This document shows, in pieces, positions 11,206 to 22,972 of a stretch of DNA of 64,000 nucleotides (positions are counted from its first letter, which is position 1; each line of letters starts with the position of its first letter). The notes below the pieces were generated by a model. The model was given only the letters and a program-made list of their open reading frames with translations. It was not told the DNA's origin and did no database searches. Origin of the DNA: Octopus sinensis. Lineage: Eukaryota. The position numbers were made by a program, and so were the translations under genes. The DNA is taken from positions 30,442,001-30,506,000 of the forward strand of contig NC_042998.1 in the NCBI RefSeq assembly GCF_006345805.1, in the 5' to 3' direction.

Positions 11206-11353
11206 TTTTAATCCATTCTTGTTGCTTTTTTCCTATTTATAATCACCCCACTTGTCGTATGGCTAACACCATATAGATATCCGGTGCATCCTAGTTAAGG
11301 ACCATATTCATGTGAATTCTTTAGAATTCAATAGAATCTCAATTACTTAACCG

Positions 11354-11385
<32 letters not shown>

Positions 11386-11418
11386 ATATAGGAAAAAAGC
11401 AACAAGAATGGATTAAAA

Positions 11419-11506
11419 TCTCGGTACGATTGTTTCGTACGAGGACATCTTTAATAAGCTACAAAAAATGCAATGAATACAGATGGCTCGTACTCGTCAG
11501 CCGAAA
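11419..11506 (-). ncRNA. Type I hammerhead ribozyme, intact core, copy 2
   Basis: Identical to 10476-10563. Confidence 0.88.
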
Positions 11507-12060
11507 AAATATCAGAGAATTCCCAAACATCAAAAGGGGTAGATACAAAAGAGGTTGTAGGATTAACTGCATTGAAGAAAGTTCGATTCATGGAGATCCG
11601 ATGAAAGGTTTTAAACCTATAGAATTTATGCATGTCTACATATAGCTCATATTGAATATTTGATCAAGTTGTATGAAGAAATGTTCGGATACAGTCATGC
11701 AAAATTTCTGAAAATCCAAGTAAGAGGCAAAGTGACTGCCACATCATGTAGAGGAAAGACTGAGTAAAAACATAGTGACTGTCATGCCGTGTAGAGGAAC
11801 AGATTGTTATTGAAATTAACAAGAATCGCAGATAAGTTCGATTTTTTTTGAGATCTGATGAAAAAGTCTTGAACTTACAAAATTTGTGTATGTCCTTATA
11901 GTTCGTAATCCAGTTTTGTGGAGGGATTTAGGGTACAATCATGCGAAAATATCAGGGAGTCCGAATGAGAAGCAAAAATGACAGTCTTATATTGTAGTGG
12001 TTCAGGTAGTTATTGATGTTTGGGAATTCCCTTTTGATCTTTGGGAATTCTCTGATATTT

Positions 12061-12148
12061 TTTCGGCTGACGAGTACGAGCCATCTGTATTCACTGCATT
12101 TTTTGTAGCTTATTAAAGATGTCCTCGTACAAAACGATCGTACCGAGA
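12061..12148 (+). ncRNA. Mirror hammerhead with G12A, copy 2
   Basis: Identical to 11118-11205. Confidence 0.75.
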
Positions 12149-12296
12149 TTTTAATCCATTCTTGTTGCTTTTTTCCTATTTATAATCACCCCACTTGTCG
12201 TATGGCTAACACCATATAGATATCCGGTGCATCCTAGTTAAGGACCATATTCATGTGAATTCTTTAGAATTCAATAGAATCTCAATTACTTAACCG

Positions 12297-12327
<31 letters not shown>

Positions 12328-13479
12328 TATATAATATATATATATATATTACCCATCGTTGTTTTCTTTTTCAATATCGCTCGAGCGGTCAACAGATGTA
12401 TATAAGACTCACTAAAACGTTTCACGTTGTTTTGATAATGTATCAATATAGTAGATCGTATTCAATCCTTTTCTTTCCTCTGCCTATATATATATGTATA
12501 TATATATATAATTCTTCCGACAGGAGAAAATAGAGTTCTGCCAACTAATAGTAATGGGCCATTGCCATTTAAATTCTTCATTAACATTATCACAAGTCCA
12601 TCTAGGAATTACCCTATAAAACCCCACAAACAATGCACCGAAGATTTTATATAATTATTACGGCGTTCCTACAGTTTGACTAGGTGACTGGTAATTATAA
12701 AAAGAATAAAATCGATTTTTGGACGCTTAAGTACCTACCGTCTAGGAAAGACTCCGCATTACTTTTAATCTACTCCTTTTAAAACTTACAAGGGAGGAAA
12801 ATTCTGAAGAATTCGCAATAATTTTATTAGTTATGGGAAAGGAACCTTCTCCAAACGACATATGTATAAAGTCAACGTTATCTGATAAGGGAACAAAAGG
12901 TACAAGCAATTAAAACACTGTACGAAAACAAATCCAGAGTATGTATTAACATATCTATTAATCTAGTATGTGGGGAAATCTGGAAGAAACTAAATATGTT
13001 CGCCATAGTCGAATATTTTCAAATGCACACACTGATATCCCGCTTAAGGTTCACACGTCAAACATAGTTTGTAGGTTAATAGTCTTTGCTAGTATTAATT
13101 GGTTTATGGGACCGAAGAGCAACAAGGTTGTAAATTTTCCCTGATAAGCATAGGTGATTTGTAACCGCCAGTTAATAAGCCTATCCTTACCAAGACTCTA
13201 CATTGCGCTAATGCAGTTGCACCTTTCAGGGAACGATAACATATCCTGGGTAACAGTGCCTGGAAGCATAAGAGTTTATGTTATTCTGTCTTTAGGCTAA
13301 TTTGATAGATATCGGCATTCACGTATGAGTATTCTACTGAAAGTAATATAAAAGTTGGTATTCTTTATTAAATGACATAATTCGTTCAACTTGTACACAT
13401 TGGTGAGGTACCTTTTCCTGTATCATAACACTTCACCCTGTTTGTCATCATTGCAGCCAAATATTATATTCAAGTAGAA

Positions 13480-13975
13480 GCAAATTGATTAAACCTTGAA
13501 GGAGAAGCGCAGACTTTCTGACACCCATAGAAAGCTACAACGTTTTTACAGAGATGATGCTATTACAAGATCAATATAAATTGATGGAGGAAGAGGTTAG
13601 GAAAAAGGGAAACACGGCATTGAAGGCGAAAGACACGGTAGGAGACCATCGGCTGTGACACGTGATACGACTCAGCAATATGACTTCATCTTTGGCAATA
13701 AGCTGTCGGTAAATTGGGCTGATCAGTGTTTTTTTTTCTCTCTATATAAAGTACGGATTTAATATCCTCTCACCTCCTCTTCTTTGGTGCAAGGAAGATC
13801 AGTCTTCCGGAACAAAGATTTGGTGCCACAGATGAGCTGATAATGAGTGTGAAGTAATGGACACAACGGTGCACGCCTGATTTTGTGAAAGAGGAGTCGG
13901 ATTTGGGGCTCAACGATGGCACAAATGCATTGATTGATATGAAAACTATGTTGATCAATAGCTTTGTATACAGGA
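13480..13975 (+). mobile_element. Decayed, internally deleted Tc1/mariner fragment
   Basis: DTHRKLQRFYRDDAITRS...GERHGRRPSAVT (HTH with GRPR-like motif) and QRWHKCID*YENYVDQ* (mariner C-terminus); TIRs not identified. Confidence 0.55.
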
Positions 13976-13999
13976 AGTCTTTTTCTACCAACATGCTCT

Positions 14000-14410
14000 T
14001 TTCTCTTTTACTCTTTTACTTGTTTCAGTCATTTGACTGCGGCCATGCTGGAGAACCGCCTTTTATCGCGCAACTCGACCCCGGGACTTATTTTTTTGTA
14101 AGCCCAGTACTCATTCTATCGGTCTCTTTTGCCGAACAGCTAAGTAACGGGGACATAAACACACCAGCATCGGTTGTCAAGCAATGCTAGGGGGACAAAC
14201 ACAGATACACAAACACACACACGCATATATATATGTATATATATACGACGGGCTTCTTTTCAGTTTCCATCTACCAAATCCACTCACAAGGCATTGGTCG
14301 GCCCGGGGCTATAGCAGAAGACACTTGCCCAAGATGCCACGCGGTGGGACTGAACCCGGAACCATGTGGTTGGTAAACAAGCTACTTACCACACAGCCAC
14401 ACCTGCGCCT
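14000..14410 (-). mobile_element. SINE family A, full length
   Basis: Reverse complement of the family A head, body and tail. Confidence 0.92.
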
Positions 14411-15107
14411 ATGTGCAATTTAACTACCTACATTTGTTCATAAGTAACTTATACATTTGTTCTGTGTGGAACAAACCGTATAGAACTAAAATTAATATTT
14501 AGAAAAGACAACATCTATAATAGCAATTAACAAGAAATACGTTATCAATGTAAAGGACAAAATACGATTTTCATTATAAAATACTGCTCTAGTGTTATAG
14601 CGAATATATTTGATGTGATATCTCTGGGGATTAAAGAACGAAATACCTACAGACAAAACATTTTGTTCATCGTGAGGAAATATAGTTTTCTCTATTTCAC
14701 GTAAATACACTGCTATATGTTCCATACTGACCTTTTATCGTTCTATCAAATGTACTTAATTCACTATCACCCATGAATTCCTGTCAATATCACAGATTAT
14801 GAAATCAATTCAGCTAATGAATGTGTTATTAGTGATTTTGTAGATAATGGATGCATCTACATCATAATTATATATTTGAAGTTTGAATCATTCAACAGCT
14901 ACGGTAGGGCACGAAAGAATTAACACGTTCAAAGACATTTTGCATTGCTAACGATCCTTCTTTATTATCAGGTGCCAATAATATTTTATGCTGTCTAATA
15001 TTATTCAGTTTTTACGTATTTTAAATAAATAGACTATTAAGTACATAAATGAGAAAGCTGTAAATTGACACCAAAATATCTTCTACAAACGAATAAATAA
15101 ATTATAT

Positions 15108-15165
<58 letters not shown>

Positions 15166-15239
15166 CTATAAGAGTAAATCCATTTTTGTCGCACGATGCA
15201 TGTTAAATGTAAAATCAAGCACTGGCTAGCTCTTCATAT

Positions 15240-15241
15240 GG

Positions 15242-15276
<35 letters not shown>

Positions 15277-17335
15277 GTATGTATATATATATACATACAT
15301 ATATATATATATAATACATACATATATATATATATACACATATATATACACATATATATACATATATATACACATATATATACACATATATATACATATA
15401 TATATACACATATATATACACATATATATACATATATACACATATATATACATATATATACATATATATACATATATATACATATATATACATATATACA
15501 TATATATACATATATATACACATATATATACATATATATACACATATATATACATATATATACATATATATACATATATATACATATATATACATATATA
15601 TATACATATATATACATATATTATCATATATATACATATATATACATATTATATACATATATACATATTATATACATACATATATACATATATATATATA
15701 CATATATATATACATATATATACATATATATATATATATAATGTGAAATAAATAGACAGGCAATTAATCTAATCTAATTACGAAGCCATATTTAAATACT
15801 ATAGTCTGCGACATTTCTCTTCTCGTATCAAGTAATCGTAAATCAATAATTCAATGAGCAGATACCATCTTCTGAATAATTATGACGATATTACAAAAGC
15901 ATTCACTATAACGTTTTCTACTTAAGAGAAGGTTAACATGTTATTTTCAATCATAATTGCATTATTTTTCAATTTTATTCGAGATTTATGCACGAAAGAT
16001 CTATGAAGTAGAGTGAAAGGTTATCATACTTGTGAACGATTGATTCGTTTAATTTAACTTGTCGATAAGTTTTATAATATATTGGAGGTTATCTCTTATG
16101 GAGACTAATCCGTGACACGTTTTCAAATTTCTGACTAATCCTCGAAGGGTTTTAACTATTCTTTAATTACTTGCCTTTGTGCTAAATAGCGATTTTCAAT
16201 CAGTTTCTATACACAGCGTCGGATGTGCACGGCAACTTTTTAGGAAGCAAACATACTTCGAAAACAATGCGTGAGTTTAAATGCCACTGTTTTCTTCTCG
16301 AGCCATACGTGGCTCATAAGGGCCAGTTTCCCGGTTTCCTTGACGTTTAGGTTCCCCACCTGGACGGGACGCCGGTCCGACAGAGGTGAGCTGCAAGATG
16401 CAGGAGGGAAGAGTGAGAGAAATTTATGACGAAAGAGTCAGCAGAAGTCCGACCTTCTGTCGGAGCCGCGTGGAGCTTAGGTGTTCCGCTCATAAACACA
16501 CACATCGCCCAGTCTGAGATTCGAAGCCGCGATCCTTCTACTGCGAGTCCGCTGCTCTAATCACGAGGCCATGTGACTCCATTTAAATGCCGCTAACATT
16601 TAGATATTCAGGCATAGATGTCAAATCTTTACTAAGTATGGTAAACTTCATAATTAGTAACAGAAAACGATGGAAAGCAGTCTAGTGTATTTTCTGTCTG
16701 TCACGAGTTGCGTTTGGAATTATAAAGCATTTTCGCAGAAAACAGTTGACCTTAAACTGGGAAATGCTATCATTAATCAGAAAAGCATTGATGGAGTTCA
16801 GATATATATAGTGTATTAGGAAAAGACTTAGAAAATGTACGTGCATTATATATTGGAGCCAGCTAAGAGAGAAGTGTTGATGAGGAAGTGAAAGCAATAT
16901 AATCGGACAAGTTAATGTGGGAAGGTAAGTTGTTGGGTGGAGAAATGGCGTCAATATATTTGATTTTATCTAATATATCTCAAACTTGTTATTAAGAGCA
17001 TGACTTTGCCTTTCTTTAATAGACGTATATTCACGTTGATGCGTTTCTATGTATTTATGTTCAAAAACACATATTTCTTCATGTTTTCGCTTAAATTTCT
17101 CTAATGAAAATGAAAATAGATATGGCTCGTCACAGAAGATATGTATCTTTAAAGTATGTCATTATTTCCGTTGACAGTCCATATTCTTTATTCTTTTCAT
17201 TCTGTACTTGTTTCATCCATTTAACTGCGGCCATGCTGGAGCACCGCCTTTAGTCGAGCAAATCGATCCCAGGACTTATTGTTTGTAAGCCTAGTACTTA
17301 TTCTATCGGTCTCTTTTGCTGAACCTCTATGTTAT
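15240..17335. repeat. ~2.1-kb tandem duplication unit 1, including a long (TATACA)-type microsatellite
   Basis: 15740-17335 matches 17866-19470 apart from a few single-base indels. Confidence 0.9.
16292..16581 (-). mobile_element. SINE head C + tail Y, with tttaaatgcc target duplication
   Basis: Revcomp head with B-box-like ttcgaatc; tail cctctgtcggaccggcgtcccgtccaggtgggg; tttaaatgcc on both flanks. Confidence 0.85.
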
Positions 17336-17337
17336 GA

Positions 17338-17397
<60 letters not shown>

Positions 17398-19467
17398 GTG
17401 TGTGTATGTATATATATATACATACATATATATATATATAATACATACATATATATATATATATACACATATATTACACATATATATACATAATATACAC
17501 ATATATATACAATATATATACATATATATATACATATATACATATATACACATATATATACATATATACACATATATATACATATATATACATATATATA
17601 CATATATATACATATATATACATATATATATACATATATATACACATATATATACATATATACACATATATATACATATATATACAATATATACATATAT
17701 ATATACATTATATACACATATATATACATATATATACATATATATACAATATATATACATATATATACATATATATATACATATTACATATATATATACA
17801 TACATATATCTACATATATATATATACATAATATATATATACATATATACATATATATATATATATAATGTGAAATAAATAGACAGGCAATTAATCTAAA
17901 TCTAATTACGAAGCCATATTTAAATACTATAGTCTGCGACATTTCTCTTCTCGTATCAAGTAATCGTAAATCAATAATTCAATGAGCAGATACCATCTTC
18001 TGAATAATTATGACGATATTACAAAAGCATTCACTATAACGTTTTCTACTTAAGAGAAGGTTAACATGTTATTTTCAATCATAATTGCATTATTTTTCAA
18101 TTTTATTCGAGATTTATGCACGAAAGATCTATGAAGTAGAGTGAAAGGTTATCATACTTGTGAACGATTGATTCGTTTAATTTAACTTGTCGATAAGTTT
18201 TATAATATATGGAGGTTATCTCTTATGGAGACTAATCCGTGACACGTTTTCAAATTTCTGACTAATCCTCGAAGGGTTTTAACTATTCTTTAATACTTGC
18301 CTTTGTGCTAAATAGCGATTTTCAATCAGTTTCTATACACAGCGTCGGATGTGCACGGCAACTTTTTAGGAAGCAAACATACTTCGAAAACAATGCGTGA
18401 GTTTAAATGCCACTGTTTTCTTCTCGAGCCATACGTGGCTCATAAGGGCCAGTTTCCCGGTTTCCTTGACGTTTAGGTTCCCCACCTGGACGGGACGCCG
18501 GTCCGACAGAGGTGAGCTGCAAGATGCAGGAGGGAAGAGTGAGAGAAATTTATGACGAAAGAGTCAGCAGAAGTCCGACCTTCTGTCGGAGCCGCGTGGA
18601 GCTTAGGTGTTCCGCTCATAAACACACACATCGCCCAGTCTGAGATTCGAAGCCGCGATCCTTCTACTGCGAGTCCGCTGCTCTAATCACGAGGCCATGT
18701 GACTCCATTTAAATGCCGCTAACATTTAGATATTCAGGCATAGATGTCAAATCTTTACTAAGTATGGTAAACTTCATAATTAGTAACAGAAAACGATGGA
18801 AAGCAGTCTAGTGTATTTTCTGTCTGTCACGAGTTGCGTTTGGAATTATAAAGCATTTTCGCAGAAAACAGTTGACCTTAAACTGGGAAATGCTATCATT
18901 AATCAGAAAAGCATTGATGGAAGTTCAGATATATATAGTGTATTAGGAAAAGACTTAGAAAATGTACGTGCATTATATATATTGGAGCCAGCTAAGAGAG
19001 AAGTGTTGATGAGGAAGTGAAAGCAAATATAATCGGACAAGTTAATGTGGGAAGGTAAGTTGTTGGGTTGGAGAAATGGCGTCAATATATTTGATTTTAT
19101 CTAATTATATCTCAAACTTGTTATTAAGAGCATGACTTTGCCTTTCTTTAATAGACGTATATTCACGTTGATGCGTTTCTATGTATTTATGTTCAAAAAC
19201 ACATATTTCTTCATGTTTTCGCTTAAATTTCTCTAATGAAAATGAAAATAGATATGGCTCGTCACAGAAGATATGTATCTTTAAAGTATGTCATTATTTC
19301 CGTTGACAGTCCATATTCTTTATTCTTTTCATTCTTGTACTTGTTTCATCCATTTAACTGCGGCCATGCTGGAGCACCGCCTTTAGTCGAGCAAATCGAT
19401 CCCAGGACTTATTGTTTGTAAGCCTAGTACTTATTCTATCGGTCTCTTTTGCTGAACCTCTATGTTA

Positions 19468-19470
<3 letters not shown>
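17336..19470. repeat. Tandem duplication unit 2, contains the SINE copy at 18418-18707
   Basis: See unit 1. Confidence 0.9.
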
Positions 19471-19519
<49 letters not shown>

Positions 19520-20074
19520 GTGTGTGTAAATGTAAGAATGAATTATCCTATGTTAACATGGAAAATTCAATAAACAGTTACCAGGGTAGCAAAATTCACG
19601 CACGTAACAAAGATGAAATGTCCTATTCAAAGGTAGAAACTCCGGGTTAATGTGCAGTAATTTGTATAGTAAAAGTATATACCTGTGTTTAAATCCATCT
19701 ATTTACTTACATATGTGTGTATGTGTGTGTGTGTTACTGTAACAGCAGCCCCAGCATATTCAATGAACAATTACTCATCCTGGTGCTTACAGATGGAAAG
19801 AAACCTTTTAGACACGCGCGCGTAAGCACACGCACACACATACACGCACATGAATATATAATTAAGCATGAATGAATGTATGTATGTATGAAAAAAAACC
19901 CTTATAAAATTTATCTATGGAGTAAACACTTGTAATATTTGAGAAAAAAATTTGTCTGTGGGGAGAAAAATATCTTCGATAGAGATTTTAAAAAAAATCT
20001 ATTTTACTGTTGTCATAACTTCATTTCAGATTCTTGCCAACATAAGAGCAAAAACAAAAGCAAGCATAACAACA

Positions 20075-20435
20075 ATAATGATAATGAAGGTTTCGTGGGG
20101 GAGTGGGTAAGTGGATTACATTGATTCAATTAGCACTTATTTTATTGACCACTGAAAGGATGGAAGGCAAACTCAACCTCGGTGGAATTTGAACTCTGAA
20201 AGTAAGGCGGAAGAAATGGCGCTAAGAATTTTTAGCCGGCGAGCCAACGTTACTGCCGGCTCGCCATTTTAATAATAATAATAATTATTATTATTTATAT
20301 TATTATTATTGTTATTATTATTATCGTTTCTACAACAGGCACAAGGCCTGGAATTTTAGGGGAGGTGACTCGTCGTTTATATCGACCAAAGTGATTCACT
20401 GGTACTTAGTTTATCGACCCCGAAATGGTGAAAGA
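20075..20435 (-). mobile_element. Two degenerate SINE family B fragments separated by (TAA)/(TTA) repeats
   Basis: ttattgaccactgaaaggatggaaggcaaactcaacctcgg and ggtacttagtttatcgaccccgaaa. Confidence 0.7.
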
Positions 20436-20439
20436 AAGA

Positions 20440-20700
20440 AAGAAAGATAGAAGAAGAAGAAGAAGAAGAAGAAGAAGAAGAAGAAGAAGATGACGACAAT
20501 GACGAACAGAAGAAGAAATGAAGAAGAAAAAGAAGAACAACAACAACACCAAGAGTAATAAGACATCTATAAAAACTACTGCCATAACATAAACGTTATG
20601 TGGGAGAGAGGGAGAGAGAGGGAGAGAGAGAGAGGGAGACAGAGAGAGAGAGAGAGAGGGAGACAGAGGGAGACACAGAGAGAGAGAGAGAGAGAGACTA
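20440..20700. repeat. (AAG)n, (AAC)n and (AG)n microsatellites
   Basis: Direct reading. Confidence 0.95.
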
Positions 20701-21079
20701 TATAATGAAGAAGTAAACAATGTAACCAGACCGTTACGTAAAGCAAAACATTAATACATAGAAATACACACGAGAAAAGCTAAGCTGCCCTAAATCGAGA
20801 AAGAGATTGCTTAATAAAATAACGTACAGGATACAAAATACACACAGGTAAAATTTTTTAATATGAAAAACAAAACTCCACACGCTAAACAAATAAAATT
20901 AATAGCAACAGAGTAAAATCAGTAATATATTTACTGATACGGACTTCAGATGTACATGTAGAACTAAAGCAAGGAATTATGAACAGAAGTTACGTGCGTG
21001 AATTTTGCTATCCTGGTAACTGTTTATTGAATTTTCCATGTTAACTGTAAACATAGGATAATCTTCTTCCATTTACACA

Positions 21080-21134
<55 letters not shown>

Positions 21135-21135
21135 G

Positions 21136-21169
<34 letters not shown>

Positions 21170-21177
<8 letters not shown>

Positions 21178-21538
21178 TATTCGAGACAAAACCACTATTT
21201 TGCAAAACAAACAAGGAAAGAATTAATCAATAATAAAATTTTAATAAATAGTCAAAAAAACCGCCACTACAATCGTTACTTGTCTTGATCGACAATCTTC
21301 AGGTGGACTTCCAATAATTCAGTGTCAAATACCTGAAGATGTCGATCAAGACAAGTAACGATTGTAGTGGCGGTTTTTTGACTATTATTAAAATTTTATG
21401 TAGTGATTAAGTCTTTCCTTGTTTGTTTTGCAAAATAGTGGTTTTGTCTCGAATAATATTTTATAATATTTTACTATAAACGATTTAATCATAAATCTGA
21501 TTTTTTCCCTGTAAATTTGGATTATTCCCTAATATTTA

Positions 21539-21540
<2 letters not shown>
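21170..21540. mobile_element. PLE pLTR-like foldback with hammerhead-like folds in both arms
   Basis: 21171-21303 is the reverse complement of ~21331-21463; a partial relative lacking the HHR lies at 52070-52220. Confidence 0.8.
21264..21306 (-). ncRNA. Type I hammerhead variant (GUAAC instead of GAAAC)
   Basis: CCAC-CUGAAGA-UUGUC-gaucaa-GACAA-GUAAC-GAUU-GUA/GUGG; all three stems pair. Confidence 0.65.
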
Positions 21541-21585
<45 letters not shown>

Positions 21586-22844
21586 TTATGAACAGAAGTA
21601 AGATATGATTTAGAACTATTAAACTTCTTGAATACGGTTAAACAATGTAAGGTCAAACCTAATGAAGAATCTAACCATATAAAAACATGAATATATAACT
21701 TAAATTAGGTTATACTGGATGTGTTTATCTTGTATGTCAGTACAACAAATGAACAAATAAAGGAAACAGAAGCAGGAATCACAATAAAGAAAAGTAGCTT
21801 CTCAACAATTCTGGTTTTAGAATATCCAAAACGAAGTAAGAAATACGGTATAAGACATTCCGAGAGAAATAAGAAGTAACAAGAAACATGCGTAACGAGA
21901 TGTTCAAAGCAAACACAAATAAAGAACAATGCTAAAGAAATACAAATTAAATAAAGAAGTAACTGAAATTTATGTTAGCCTGGAAGGTAACATCACTAAG
22001 TCAAAGGCTAACAAACATAAGGTAACCTAGTTTTCTATATACTAAAGCCCTAAAGCCACATGCATTGCACTATAGGTAAATTGGCACCCAGTTCGCCTCA
22101 ACAAATCACAAGCATCAGATTGAAGATTGGATAACTAATAAAAATCAGCTATGTTTATAAGAGATAACAAAACGGACATGAAAAATTAACCCAAGAGCAG
22201 ACTTACAAATATTGATGCAAGAGCTGAAGAAATAACACTATAATCCTATTAGATTATAACTTTCTTTACTAACTAATCTCTCTATAAAAGACTGATTGAA
22301 GATTTATACATACATATGGTTTAGCTACCAAAAGCTCAGGTAGCTCGTTAATCCGGTTCTCTTCGCTAAGCTTCTAATAATTATATATCTGTGTATTATC
22401 TGAGCTGATAGTCTTATGTAACTAATCACCTAAAATGCTGACATTTTAAACTGTTCTTATCATTTGTCCTAAGAAATACTTTAAATGCCATTTGGATGAT
22501 CTGCTGCGATTTACCAAAGTCTGTGTTTTCACATCTCTTTGTAAATCGGTCGAATAGTTTTCAAGTTTCGCATCAGATTTACGAAGTTCTTAAAATCCTC
22601 CTATCTAATCTCTGTGTCTGAGTTATATTTTGAGTTGCCCATTTAAACTAACTAGCACACTCTACCCCAAAAGATTATTCCAGTTTCCAAATTAGTCCAG
22701 CAGCTTCCCCCTATGTAACAACATAAAACAAAAGCAGTTAAGGGCATCTCATTGGCTGCTATTCACGTCTGCGAGCGCAAATTATCTGAAGCAATACGTT
22801 ATTTAGAATCTTCACTTTATCTAGAGATAGTGTTTTATTATTTT

Positions 22845-22972
22845 CTACTCTAGAGCATAAGGCCGAAATTTCGAGGGAGGGGACCAATCGATTAGATCGA
22901 CCCCAGTACACAACTGGTACTTAATTTATCGCCCCCGAAAGGATGAAAGGCAAAGTTGACGGCAACGGAGAT
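22845..22972 (-). mobile_element. SINE family B 3' fragment
   Basis: gattagatcgaccccagtacacaactggtacttaatttatcg. Confidence 0.8.

Larger units (their letters stand above)
10446..11355. mobile_element. Non-coding foldback element with hammerheads in both arms, unit 1 of a 943-bp-period tandem pair
   Basis: Arm ~10446-10590 is the reverse complement of ~11070-11235; unit repeated apparently identically at 11389-12298; bounded by (TA)n. Confidence 0.85.
11389..12298. mobile_element. Foldback/hammerhead unit 2
   Basis: Copy of 10446-11355 at offset 943. Confidence 0.85.

Noticed and set aside
10446-19470. Repeated units as CRISPR-like arrays
   Set aside because: No short repeat with unique spacers, no cas genes, eukaryotic context.
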